DNA from: Mobula hypostoma
Taxonomy: Eukaryota
Reading direction: 5' to 3'
Assembly: GCF_963921235.1 (NCBI RefSeq)
Contig: NC_086097.1
Span: forward strand, 126,172,001-126,236,000
DNA length: 64,000 nucleotides
Shown: piece by piece, positions 39,434-52,515 of the stretch
Position numbering within the stretch: the stretch's first letter is position 1
Layout of the letters: the number at the start of each line of letters is the position of its first letter
Position numbers and translations under genes: made by a program
The notes under the pieces: generated by a model
What the model was told of the DNA's origin: nothing
Database searches by the model: none
The model's input: the letters and a program-made list of their open reading frames with translations, nothing else

Positions 39434-40878
39434 CAGGTTTCCCCTGCCATCCGAAGGTAGAGCGTTCCTATGAAACGGTTCGTAAGCTGGAATGTCGTAA
39501 AGCGAAGAAGCAATTACTATTTATTTATATGGGAAAAATTTGTGAGCGTTCACAGACCCAAAAAATAATCTACCAATCATGTCAAATAACACATAAAACC
39601 TAAAATAACAGTAACATATAGTAAAAGCAGGAATGATATGATAAATACACGGCCTATATAAGGTAGAAATACTTTTCCACAATCATTGCTGCACTGTTCT
39701 CCGTAGCGAAAATCTCACGCAGGCGCTCTCGGCAGAAACACGGCGCAAGCGCTCTCGGCAGAAACACTCTGTCCAGTAACCTTTAAGCTATGAAGCTGCC
39801 AAATCATACCAAATACCGCATAAAAATACACAGCCTATATAAAGTAGAAATAATGTAGGTACAGTGTAGTATCACTTACCGGAATTGGGGAAGACAGCAC
39901 CGAGCACACTGATGATGGTGTGTTAGGCTGAGTCGTTGGAGGTTGGGGTTGTGCAGTGGCCCCCCCCCCCAGGCCGCCGACCGATACTGATCCACGAAGA
40001 ATGCAGCGGTGCAGAAGTAGCCGGGACACACCCAGCACATCTTTAAGAAAAAAGCCAAAATAAACAAGCTAATTGATTAGGTGCCACCCGGCATGTAAAT
40101 GTCGGCCCAGATCAGAGACGACGCAATCAGCAATTGCCTCTGATCTGGGCCGACATTTACGTGCCTAGTGGCACCTAATTAATTAGCTTGTTTATTTCAG
40201 CTTTTTTCTTAAAGATGTGTTGGGTGCGTCCCGGCTACCACTGCATTCTCCGCGGCAATGTATTGGTCCGCAGTCCAGGGGTTGGGGTGGTGGGATACTG
40301 GGGTGTCATCTCATTGTCGTCTGTTTCCATCAGGGCAGGCAGGTCATCTTCATGTTCAGTTCCTAGACGACTTCACTTTCGGTCTGTTCGCTACTGCATT
40401 CGGTTTTGATTGTTATCCTTTCCTCTTCCAATTGCATCAGCTCTTCATCTATCAGTTCTTGGTCATGGGATGCCAAAACCTCTTCAACATCATCTTCGTC
40501 AACTTCCACAAGCCAAACTCACTTTGTCCTTACTTTGTTCACCACGATCGAAACGCTTAATTATGTCTAGTTTTATGCTAAGTGTAACACCCTTATGAGC
40601 TCTTCTAGGCTTTTCCGATACCTTAGAACTCATCTTGCTAACGGATGCTCAAAATAAATCGACATAAAGCACAGATGCTCACATGCACGTGTTTAAGCAA
40701 TGCTGGCTAGAATGCAGTTCCGGGGGAGGAGCTTGGGGCGCGCGCTGTCTTTTATCGTGTGCTGCCTTTTTTCATAACAGTGGAAACGCCTTCTGTTAGC
40801 GAAAACAGGTAACTAATGTAGGTCTTTCGTAACAACAAGGTGTCATAAGGCGAACGTTCGAAAAGCGGGGGACACCTG
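39434..40878 (-). mobile_element. pogo/Tigger-like non-autonomous transposon, copy 2 (inverted relative to 6893-8546)
   Basis: TA|CAGGTTTCCCC...GGGGGACACCTG|TA; reverse complement of copy 1 with an extra internal deletion near 40350. Confidence 0.9.
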
Positions 40879-41091
40879 TACATCCTGAAATGCTTTTTCT
40901 TCGCAACTATCCGCAAAAACAGAGGAGTGCCCCCAAAAATGAAAGTTAAATGTTAGAACCCCAAAGTACCTCGCAGTTCCTGTCCTTCCCGTGTATAAGC
41001 AGCAGCAAAGCAACAATCCCCCTCCCCAAAGACTACTTGTTCACCCGGTATTTGACATACCACAGACGCGTGCATTTGACATACCACAGAC

Positions 41092-42394
41092 GAGTTAGTA
41101 AGAGATTTGAAAGTGGGAGGGGGAGGGGGGAGATCCAAAATGATAGGAGAAGACAGGAGGGGGAGGGATGGAGCCAAGAGCTGGACAGGTGATTGGCAAA
41201 AGTGATATGAGAGGATCATGGGACAGGAGGCCCAGGGAGAAAGACAAGGGGGGGGGGAACCCAGAGGATGGGCAAGGGGGATGGGGTTAGTGAGAGAAAG
41301 AATGTGTGTATAAAAATAAATAACGGATGCTCACTACCCCATCCGTTATTTATTTTTATACACACATTCTTTCTCTCGCTAACCCCATCCGTTATTTATT
41401 TTTATACACACATTCTTTCTCTCACTCGTCCAACTTATTATTCTCCGTAACTTCCGCCACCTCCAACGGGATCCCACCACTAAGCACATCTTTCCCTACC
41501 CGCCCCCCCCCCGCTTTCCTCAGGGATCGCTCTCTACGTGACTCCCTTGTCCATTTGTCACCCCCATCCTTCCCCACTGATCTCCCTCCTGGCACATATC
41601 CTTGTAAGTGGAACAAGTGCTACACATGCCCTTACACTTCCTCCCTTACCACTATTCAGGGCCCCAGACAGTCCTTCCAGGTGAGGCGACACTTCACCTG
41701 TGAGTCGGCTGGGGTGATATACTGCGTCCAGTGCTCCCGACGTGGCCTTCTATATATTGGTGAGACCCGACGCAGACTGGGAGACCGCTTTGCTGAACAC
41801 CTACGCTCTGTCCGCCAGAGAAAGCAGGATCTCCCAGTGGCCACACATTTTAATTCTACATCCCATTCCCATTCTGACATGTCTATCCACAGCCTCCTCT
41901 ACTGTAAAGATGAAGCTACACTCAGGTTGGAGGAACAACACCTTATATTCCATTTGGGTAGCCTCCAACCTGATGGCATGAACATTGACTTCTCTAATTT
42001 CCGCTAATGTCCCACCTCCCCCTCATACCCCATCTGTTATTTATTTTTATACATACATTCTTTCTCTCACTCTCCTTTTTCTCCCTCTGACTATACCCCT
42101 TGCCCATCCTCTGGGTTCCCCCCCCCACCTTGTCATTCTCCCTGGACCTCCTGGCCCATGATCCTCTCATATCCCCTTTGCCAATCACCTGTCCAGCTCT
42201 TGGCTCCATCCCTACCCCTCCTGTCTTCTCCTATCATTTTGGATCTCCCCCCCCCCCCCACTTTCAAATCTCTTACTAACTCTTCCTTCAGTTAGTCCTG
42301 ACGAAGGGTCTTGGCCTGAAATGTTGACTGTACCTCTTCCTAGAGATGCTGCCTGGCCTGCTGCGTTCACCAGCAACTTTGATGTGTGTTGCTT
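41092..42394 (+). mobile_element. 5'-truncated Penelope-like element (Neptune-like) with inverted upstream terminal-repeat piece
   Basis: Open GIY-YIG frame to 42007 (CKWNKCYTC; VIYCVQC...YIGETRRRLGDRFAEH); 3' repeat with hammerhead at 42294-42329; 41092-41329 is the inverted 3' repeat. Confidence 0.92.
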
Positions 42395-43644
42395 TGAATA
42401 TTCAATGGGTTTCAATGAGATCTCCCCTCATTCCAATCTGTGAGTTCTCCTTGTAATTTTTGCCCTGAGCATTGCTTTTACACTTCTCCATTTAAATGTC
42501 ACTTTCTTGTAGCTTTACATTCTTGTAAATAGCCTACCTATAACTTTACATCTCAGCTTTGCAGAGGTCACTAATTGCAATTACTTCTCAGTTAAGCTGC
42601 TCAACTGCAATGTTATTTGATTTGTCTCTTGTGGCTCACATAATGCTCTGACCCTTTTAGTCAGGAGGTTGTGGTGTGTAGTTTCAGTCATGAGATTTAA
42701 GCACTTTGTCTAGATAGGCATGCCAGCCCAGTGCTGGATTGTTCTGCATGAGAATCAAAACTGGTAGCGTTAAGTTGGTTCTATTATCCATTCCTCAATG
42801 CCCTTGAGAATTCAGTGGTGAGCTGGTTTCTTGAACTATTACAGTGTTTCTGAAGAAGATTTTCCCACAAGGATATTGGAAATTGGATTTAGATCCATTG
42901 CCAGTGAAGGAACAGTGATATATTTCTAAGTCAGAATTGTGTGATACTAAAGGAACCTGCAAGTTGTGGGGGTGCAGAGTGCCTCCTGAGCTTGCTGTCA
43001 TTGGTTTGAGTGGTGCTGTTAAGATCAGCAGTGTGATTTGTTGATGGTGTACGTAGCAATCACATTGTGCAAGGGAATTAATATATGGAGTGGAGTACCA
43101 TCTATCAAAGTTGCACTATTATACGTGGTATTGTGCATCTGAAGCTTTTAATATTTGTTGCAGACACTTGTGCTTTTCTGTTGCATTTGCTATCTATTCT
43201 GTTGCAGCATCAAAAAAAAATAGAAGGACTTTCCTTTATACAGTGTCCTTTACAACCTTCGGATATTTCAAAGCTCTTTCCAGCCAGCAGAGACTTTGCT
43301 ATTGAATGTAGGAAAGTTAGATGCAAAAGATTTAGTTGCAAAATTTTAATGAAGAATAGGGTTTTTCATTTATCATGTATATCAGTGGACCACTGGTTAC
43401 CATGTTTTAAAAGTATCTCATTCATTGTTTGGTTTAAGATAGTGTTGGTGAAGCACAGCAACGACTTGCTGGCAGTAAACAAAACTATAAACTACATTAT
43501 TTATCACTCTTTTTCTCAGAAACTATGACTGCAATCAATAGCCTGTAACTTTCCCTTTGGAGTTGAGCTTTTAAACTGCCTTTATGACCTGACATTTTTG
43601 TAGTGTGAACATTTTTGTAGTGTAGTCTCGAAGGTGCAGGATGG

Positions 43645-44342
43645 TTGTGACGTGGCGGGTTTGGGCCTAATCAAGGAGATTGGGCCTGTGTCTGAGAGCG
43701 GGTAATTGGGCAATGTTTGGCCATTGCTTGAGTGGACTTGGAAGCGATTCGAAGCGGCAAAACCGAGATGAGGCAGAGTCAAGACAGCGGGGCCCAGGCT
43801 AGAGAGCGAGGAATGACCCACCGTTTGGCTGATTTAAGCACTGGGCCAGATGGGAAGGTCAGGTATGGGCCAAGTTAAGCCAGCGGAGCCTGGGCCCGAG
43901 ATTGGTCGAAGCAGTAGGACCTAGGTCCAAGAAGGAGGAACGACCTGATGTTTGGCTGCTTTTAAGCACAGTGCCAGATTGTAAAGGTCAGGGTGCCTGC
44001 ACCAGAGGAGAGGGATAGGCTGGTGTTCAGCTTGCTGCTCGGTGAAGTTACCTGGTCTCTGTACTGAACTGGGGCTGTGGACTGCAGCTAATAGGCTCCT
44101 GAATTGGCTGCAAAGATGACTGTCTTTGTGGCTGTGAACTCACTTTCGTGAACTTCATTTCTGAATGTTATTTACTTCTATTGTTTGCACGATTTGTTTT
44201 TTCTTCCTGTACATTAGGTGTTTGGTAGTCTTTTTTTAAAATGGGTTTTAGTGAGTTTCTTCTGTGGCTGCCTGTAAGAAGATTGATCTTAGTTTTGTGT
44301 ATAATATATATAGTTTGATAATAAATGTTCTTTGAACTTTGT
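43645..44342 (+). mobile_element. Unclassified LINE-tail-type retroposon with ~127-bp internal tandem repeat
   Basis: Ends ataaatgttctttgaactttg like 16265-16287; ttaagcac...gccaga...aaggtcagg occurs twice (about 43835 and 43962). Confidence 0.5.
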
Positions 44343-45186
44343 AAAACATTTTGAAATCTCTGGTACTATGTAAATACAAGTTATTGAGTTATATTTGCTA
44401 CTCCTCTGACAAAAAATGTGATCGTTCAAATATTTGTGCAGCATTGAGACATTGAGAACAGATTATATTGATTGTTAGCTGGCAGTTCTGTAGAGAAACT
44501 GTAGAATACGGAGAAAATGGGGACGTGTGAACTGCATAGTACATAATTTTCTGGGGGTGGGGGTAATTGGTTGTTCCTAATTTTATTGAGCCAAGAGTCT
44601 CTTTGCACCTGGCCTGTCAGCTTTAAGTAAGACATGTCAGGTCTATAAGCAGTTTCCTATCTTTTCTTCTGAATGGATTGCTGACTTTTGTGTAAGTCTG
44701 TTTTAATTTCATTTAAATATGAATATTTTGAATTTGTTGAATGTGGCAAAGTTTATAGTCATATTTTTCATTTGGTTTTTTAAGTGTTTCCATAAACTTG
44801 TTGTTACAATGAAAAAAAGCATGAGCAGTTAGAATGTAATAGCATTAACAACTGGGTTTGCTGGTGGATGTGTCTCACTGCACAGTTTGGGGTCTGCTGG
44901 CACTTTCTGTTGGTTCTGCTTCATAGATTACCCATGTCAGTGAGGATTTGGGATTGCTGTGAGTTGCTTGCAGTCAGTGCAAACCTTTAGATCCTGCAGC
45001 AGGTGAACTCAAGTGCAGGCCTGCTCATGGATGTTCCAGCCCAACTACATTTATATCTGTGTGAAATGCTGTCTGACCTGAATCAATACACTGAATGTAT
45101 GTTTTGGTCGTCTTCTGCTGTAGCCCATCCACAAGACATAGGAGCAGAATTAGGCCATTTGGCACATCAAGCCTGCTCTGCCATTC

Positions 45187-46447
45187 CAGACATCCCACCT
45201 CTCCTGTAAGTTCCGGGAGTCTCCCGCATGTTGATAGCAGCTCGTTGACGCCCGCAAATTATATACAATATCCCAGAAATGAGATCGAGAGCGTAAGGGA
45301 GATTGAGAGCAGAAGCAAGAGTGAGCATGCTGATTGGTCTCTCTTTGTGCTAAGTGGACCTATCAGTTTTCTTTGTGGGCAGGCTTTACAGTCAATCTCT
45401 GTCTCTCCATCACTTCAGTTTCGTGTCCTGCACCGCCATGGCAAAGTGTTTCGAAAAAAGAAAATAAAAAACGCACTTCACCCCAGACTACACTAAAGTG
45501 TACCCCTGCCTAATAGGGGTCAAAAATAATGACAGTGTTGCTCGCTGCACTGTTTGCAACAGTGACTTTTCTATTGCCCATGGTTGGGTTAGGACTGTAA
45601 AGGACATGTTGAGGTGAGTTTAACAGGTGTCATTCATTCCTTAGCATAACATGTTACTTAAACTAGCTGGCTAGCTGCTAAGGAGCTACTCTATTGATGT
45701 CCTACGTGATCAGGCCAAACTCCCTGTAGACATGCTTAAAGTTGTAATAGAATTAAAAAACGACTCCATGATAATACATAAGCACATATTTTAATGTCAC
45801 ATTTTCTGCATATACCGAGTTTACAGATTACAGATTGGTTTACAGATTAGACAAGATCACTAAACAAAGTATTACATAAGTCAATATAATAAGGATACAC
45901 CTTATGCTTTTATTTCTTTTAGAGACCACAACATATTAGGGAGGCTAATCGCAGGGAAGGCTGCTCAAGTATTTCACAGTTCTTTTCAGCAGAGCCACAT
46001 CACAGTACAAGGAAAGTTTGCAAAAGAAATAGAAAAGCTATTTGCATTAACATTGAGATTGTCAACAAAATACTCAACAAGGAATATATATATATATGTG
46101 TGTATATTTGTGTATGTATGTGTATGTATATGTGTGTATGTATGTGTATATGTATGTATGTGTATGTATGTGTGTATATATGTGTGTATGTGTGTGTATG
46201 TATATGTGTGTGTGTATATGTATATGTGTATATATGTATGTATATATGTATGTGTGTGTGTAAATAGTTTCAACATGTGTCAAATAAATTGTTGTGTTCT
46301 TCATAATCAAATATCCCGTATACATGCGGCCTTGGAGGTCGATCGGGGGGTGGGGGTGGGATATGGGGTTTCGGGGGTCGGGGTGCTACCTCCCTGAAAT
46401 TGTGGTGCTATCTCCCTGAAATGAGTTTTTGCAGGGTGGGATGTCTG
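45187..46447 (+). mobile_element. hAT (Tip100-like) non-autonomous element with BED-finger remnant
   Basis: 13-bp TIRs CAGACATCCCACC / GGTGGGATGTCTG; flanks ccattc / ccaatc; 45438-45613 reads MAKCFEKRK*...ARCTVCNSDFSIAHG..., then a gtgagt donor. Confidence 0.8.
46084..46261. repeat. Compound (TA)/(TG)/(TATG)n microsatellite
   Basis: Direct reading. Confidence 0.95.
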
Positions 46448-47273
46448 CCAATCAGTCATGGCTGATTTTTTTTTTCCCCTCCTCAGCCTCACTCCCCAGC
46501 CTTCTCCCCATAACCTTTGATGTTGTGTCCAATATAGAACCTATCAAGCTCTGCCTTAAATACATTCAACGACCTGGCCTCCACAGCTGCCTGTGATAAT
46601 AAATTCCACAAAATAAACTCTACTTAAAGGTTTAATGTGTTGTGTGTTTAGAGATGCTTTTCTGCACACCACTGTTGTAACACGTGGTTATTTGAATTAC
46701 TGTTGCCTTTCTGTCAACTTGATCCAGTCTGGTCATTCTCCTCTGACCTCTCTCATTACAAGGTGTTTTCGCCCACAGAACTGCTGCTCATTGGATGAGT
46801 TTTGCATCATTCTCTTTAAAGAGACTATTGTGCATGAAAATCCCAGGAGATCAGTAGTTTCTGAGATACTCAAACCACCCCGCCTTGCACCAACAATCTT
46901 CCCACGGTCATAGTCACTTGGATCACATGTCTTCCCCATTCTGATGTTTGGTCTGAACACCAACTGAACCTCGACCATGTCTGCATTCATTTATTCATTG
47001 AGTTGCTGCCACATGATTGGCTGATTAGATATTTTTCATTAACAAGCATATGTACCTCATAAAGGGACCACAGATATATTCAAATAATTTGATAATATTT
47101 GTAAAACATTTTGATTTGTATACTGATTTGAAATTGTGCATTGCTACAACATGGTAATTGCACACATTGCATTTCTTCCCATTATTAAACTGAACAAGAC
47201 TATTACGTTTGTTCTAACAAACACCTGAAGTTTTTAACCACATTTTTAAAACAACTTTTTTTTTAAATTTTAG

Positions 47274-47368
47274 TTGACTTGGTTACCTATATCACAAGGT
47301 TTCAATGGGACATGGCAAAGTATCCAATCAAACAGTCTCTGAAAAACATTTCTGAAATCATCACCAAG
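47274..47368 (+). CDS. ATP6V1C1: ATP6V1C1 exon 5 (95 nt)
   Basis: T-rich tract then ttttag| (V)[31 protein letters not shown] |gttggt. Confidence 0.97.
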
Positions 47369-48289
47369 GTTGGTGTCATTTAGATTATTTCTTGAACTTA
47401 ATGTCGCTTTAATATAAATACTATGGTCATTTAATTTCCTTGCGGCAATTTTGGAACATTTTGGGTTTACTTTTGTTTTATTTAAGAAAAAAAAAGTGAA
47501 ATTGTAATGTTCAAAATGGAGATGCTTTGTTGATATTTTTGTTTTGGATACTTGTATGATAAGGGAATTTAGAAATGTAAATATGTTTTATTTCATATGC
47601 TGTCTACTTAAGTTCAAATTCTTTAAAAAAAAAATGACTCAGTCTGGGTTAGATACACTTTGTCTTGACTAGGGTTATCCTCCCAACTATAAGAGCTAAA
47701 TTATAATTTGACATGAGCTAAGCTTTTAGTCAGTAAATTTGCTAAAGTTGGTGTTATTAAAAGATGTAATGCTCTTAAAGGCACCTGCTTGTACAATGTC
47801 TATCACATATTTATATTCATTCTGGGGATGTTGATGTTGGTAGCAAGGGCAGTATTTATTGTCCATTCCTCTGTGTCCTTGGGAAGGTAGTGGTGAGCTG
47901 CTTTCTCTTGTCCATTCCTCTGTGCCTTTGAGATGGTAGTGGTGAGCTGGTTTCTTGAACTTCTGCAGTGCTTCTGAACAAGTTTCCCAGAAGGATATTA
48001 GAAAATAGATTTGGATCTATTGTTAGTCAAGGAACAGTGATATATTTCCAAGTCAGAATGGTGTGACACTGAAGGGAACCTGCAAGTTGTGGTTTTCCCA
48101 TGTGCTTCCTGAGTGTGTTAGATTGATTTGAGTGGTGCTGTTAAGAGTAGCAATGCAATTGGTGGAATTGTGTGCTTAGCAGTCACATTGTGCCAGGAAA
48201 TTAATGTATGCAGTGGAGTATCAGCTATCTGGGTTGCATTGTTCTACCTGGTAGTGCAAGTGTGATCACTTGAGGCAAGTATGTTCTCC

Positions 48290-48702
48290 TAAGGGGTTGT
48301 CTATTGGTGGGTTCTTGGGTGGCTGTTGTGGCCCTCACCTGAGTGTTGGGGTATATTCCCTTCATAGAGAACATCTGTCCATGACTCTTTTTAATGTGGG
48401 CAGGCTGATGTGTAGGCCTTGACAGATCGGGGCCGGGGTCCAGTGGTACATAATGCAAGACAACTAGGAATTCTTCATTGCCACAGCCTTCCTCTGGCCT
48501 CACTGCCATTATGGTGTGCCGATATCATCATCTGCCAGTCCCACCCTTGAAGTTTTGGTTGGATCGTTGTTTGTTTGGAACCTTACTGCCATGGGTGACC
48601 CTACCAGAAGCTAAGCGCCAGGTAGCTAAACTGCAGATGGCACCACTCTCAGGATCTCAGGAACTCAAGTCTGTCCATCATGATCAGGTGACAATCCTCG
48701 GA
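48290..48702 (-). mobile_element. Older RTE-headed short element
   Basis: ccatgggtgaccctaccag...ctctcaggatctcagga...gacaatcc matches 14205-14307. Confidence 0.65.
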
Positions 48703-50084
48703 GCGAAATCTGCATGGTATCAGGCATCTGAAACTTTCAGCAGTTGTTGCAATCAGACACTAGTGCTTTTCTGTTGCATCAGCTGTCTATGTCATTTCTC
48801 AGTGATAATAGAAGGATGCATTCGTTACCTGAATCTTCAGAAGTAACTGGTGGTTATCTGTATACTGTCCAAACTATTTGCAGGGAATGTGACATTTTTA
48901 GCTCTCCACAATGAATTCTCTTTTGATGGTATTTAATTGTTTTGAATTCATGTGTTCAAGGAGTAAGGGTTGAAATGAAGGTGATTATGCACTTGTTCTG
49001 GTCAGCAGTGTGCTTCTGGCAAATTATTCCAAGGATTGCATTCAGCTTGTTTTTTTTTAAAAGGAATATTCTGAGATGGAGATATCCAAGATACAGATTT
49101 ATTTATCATGTGTACATCGCATACAGTAAAATGCATTGTGTTAACAATCAACACCCAAGGGTGTGGTGGTGTATGCCTGCAAGTGTCGCCACACATTCTG
49201 GTGGCAAAATAGCATGCCGACAATGCTTGGTAGAACAACACAAAACACAACAAGCGACAAAACAATCCCTGTTCTTCCCTCACAATGCACATATGTAGTC
49301 CTCCAACCCCAGGACAGGCTATCGTCTGTCTCAACCTGCCTGTGGACTCAAACTCGCAGATAATGGGCCTTGGACTACTTTTGGAGTGGTTCACAATTTA
49401 AATCAGTACATCATCCCAATGTATGCTCTGCTTAGTAGTGAATTTATTGTCCTAGATCCTTTTAATCGAATTTGGCATGGAGTGAAATTTAATTTTAGGT
49501 TGCATTTCAATTAATTTAATAATAAACATTCTAGATTAATTTAATCAATTGATAAAACTGCTTCAATTCAACTGTAACTAGTAAAGAACAAGATATAATT
49601 TCATCAGATGAGAAGTGAGTCCCAGCAAGATTGTTCTGTTCTGAATTGATAGCTCCAACCAGCAAGATTTGCTGCATTGCCTAAAATGCTAGTCTATAGA
49701 TACATAACCAATTGTGTATCACTAGATTTAATATTCAGTGACATTTGTTATTAGATTGGGGCCAGTCTGTGGCCATGTACCACTATAAAAGTCTAGGAGA
49801 GGCTGCTAGTACCTGGCGGTCAGTTCACCAAATCACCTGTTTGGCCTTCAGATAGCTTGATCTGTCAAATAGCTTTTCATCTGTGTCTAAATACTTTTGA
49901 TTATAGACATTTAAAAACATTTATCTGTATTTCTTCATTAAAATTCATATTTAAATGCAGAACTTTTGTATATTGATTTAAAATATAAATACAAAGCGAA
50001 GGGTAGAAATAAGTAGTTGCCCCTTATTTGTCTTTTTGAATAAAGATCAACGATGCCATTGAAACGAATAGGGCCATTTCATTT

Positions 50085-50455
50085 TATTATTTATTTAGAG
50101 ATACAGCTCAGTAACAAGCCTTTCTGGGAGCCCAACGACCCCCAATCAACCATGTGGGTAGAAACTGGAGAATCCAGAGGAAACCCATGCAGTCACGGGA
50201 AGAATGCATAAACTCCTCACGACAGCAGCGGGAATTGAACCTAGGTCACTGGTGCTGATACACTACCGTATAATTGTGATGTTATTCCTCTCCACGCCTC
50301 GTGGCGCATCAGGCAGCAGCCTTGCCATTTCTTTTTTTTTTTTTGAGACTGAGATGCTAGCTCAACGCTCAACCCATCGTAGATGGAAAAGGTGCAAGGA
50401 ACCGGGAACCACTCGCCTCAAAGTCCAGTACTGATGCCACTACACCACCTGCTGG
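50085..50455 (-). mobile_element. Two adjacent tRNA-derived SINEs
   Basis: 50085-50275 is a reverse V-domain SINE; 50283-50455 has minus-strand A-box ggtgtagtgg, an internal A-run and a distinct tail. Confidence 0.6.
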
Positions 50456-51294
50456 TTATAGTGTTAAGGGCTTAATAGACTGCGTCTAGTCCCTTGGTAC
50501 AGGTGATCTAGAAACACCTTTACATTTAGTAATGTGCCAGCAGCACAGTGAGAGGGGTTATGTACAATAAAAGTAGCACCAATATGTTCAGCACTCATGT
50601 GCAACTGTGTGGAGATGGAGAAATTTATAAAGCCGACTACTTCAAGATTTACTTATGTACATTGAAACATACAATAAAATGCAACATTTGTGGTAACAAC
50701 CAACATGCCCAAAGATGTGCGGGAGGCAGCCCACAAATGTTGACACACGCTTTTGTGCCAACATAGTGTGCCAACAGCGCTCAGCAGAACAACACAGAAC
50801 ACAACAAACAACAAAAGAATAACAGCAAAACAAGCTACTTTCTTCCATCCTAGCCAGCTCCATGCACACAGACCTCCAACTCCAAGATAAGCTGTCTTTG
50901 TTCTCCTGCGAACTTGGACTCACAGATATTGGCCCTTTGATTATCCCAGCACACGTACAGAGATCCGCAGACTTGAGGCTCCAGCCATTTGGTTTTGATT
51001 TCTGGACTTCTAATTGCCCCTTGGGCCTTGATCCTCATCATTGACCCCAGGACCTGTCGGTCACTGAACATTAGGCCTCAAACGCTAGTCTCATCGATTC
51101 GCATACCCTAGAGGTTTCTGGACCTCAATTCTTCCGCTTGTGTGGAACTCTGACTCCTGAACCTGCCTGCAATTTATGATACTTGCATCATAGCTTCTTA
51201 TTTTCTTTTGAGCCACAGCCAAAGATAAGTATGATTCAGCCCAAAGAGCCACAACAGATGTAATAGTCAATATGTAAAGCTGTTGGGCTGTTGA

Positions 51295-52515
51295 CTTGGT
51301 CAGGTGCTGGGGGACTGTTCCGTCCAGTTAAGAAGGTTCTAACAGACATCTTGAACATCTCTCTGCAACAGTCCCTGCAGGCTTCAATGTAGCCACTATC
51401 ATCCTGGTGCCCAAGGGGACAACAGTAATCTGCCTTAATAATAACCGTCCAGTGGCACTGACTTCAACAATAATGAAGTGCTTTGAGCGGCTGGTTATGG
51501 ATCATATTAAATCCCATCTTCCTGCTAGATTGGATCCTTTCCAGTTTGCTTATTGCTCAAATTGGTCCACTGATGATGTCAAATATGCCTTGACCTTAGC
51601 ACTCCACTCTGTCCTGTCCCAGCTAGAAAATGGTGCCTCATACACTGGGGTGCTGTTTTTGCTACTGACGCATGTCTGCACTGCTAGATCCAATTCAAAC
51701 CAAATTGTCAACTTCACTGATGACACACCAGTGGCAGGGCTCATCAACAATGACGATAACAAGACAGCGTACAGAGGATGTAGAGTGGCAGGTAGAATGG
51801 TGTGACCACAACAGCTTGACACTCAACGTGGACAAGACCAAAGAGATGATTGTGGACTTTAAGAAGGTGCAGGCTGACCACTCCTCATGGCGCATGCTCC
51901 ATGGAGAGTGTTAGGAGCACCAAGTTTCTGAGAGTGCCCATAGTGGATAATCTTACCTGATCCTTCAACAGCACTTCTTTGGACAAAAAAGCACAGCAAT
52001 GTCTCCACTTCCTAAGTTGAAGTGAATGAGGCTCTCTCCCACCCACCACCCTATTCTAACCAATTTTTACAGGAGCATTTTTGAGATTGTCCTAACCAGC
52101 TGCATCACCGTCTGGTATGGAAATTGCAAGGTATCTGATATTCATCAGGAGTGTTGTGTATGCAGGGCCCTTAGCATTGTCAATGATACTTCCCATCCAT
52201 CCAACAATCTCTTGCACCCTCTACCATCAGGCAGAAGTACCATATCATTAGATCAAGGACTGTTAGGATGGGAAACAGCCTTTTTCCCCAGGCTGTAAGA
52301 TTATAGAAGTTCCTGCTACCGCCCAGGTCTCATCACACATGAAGTGCTTGTAGAATTATACTGTTTGCTTTTTAAGTGTATATATCATAAGTGTACCTTA
52401 TTATTAATCTATTTGTGGTAATACTTTATTGTGTGTGTGTGTTATATGCTCTGTGTGTGTACCTTCGTCTGGAGGAACATTGTTTCCTTTGGTATACATG
52501 TGTACAGTTGAATGA
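51295..52515 (+). mobile_element. Old Rex1-like LINE RT fragment
   Basis: RPVALTSTIMKCFERLV, LDPFQFAY and LNVDKTKEMIVDF motifs. Confidence 0.85.

Larger units (their letters stand above)
45085..47070 (-). mobile_element. Small Tc1-derived non-autonomous element split by nested CR1-tail and hAT insertions
   Basis: Pieces at about 45085-45132 and 46625-47070 are collinear with the reverse complement of 57401-57970; IVGARRGGLSISETTDLLGFS HTH remnant. Confidence 0.7.

Noticed and set aside
43085..43528. 147-aa ORF
   Set aside because: No recognisable domain or splice context, and it overlaps a degenerate duplicated repeat.
45986..46397. ORFs rich in H/T/Y/I or V/C/Y/M
   Set aside because: Translations of the compound microsatellite.
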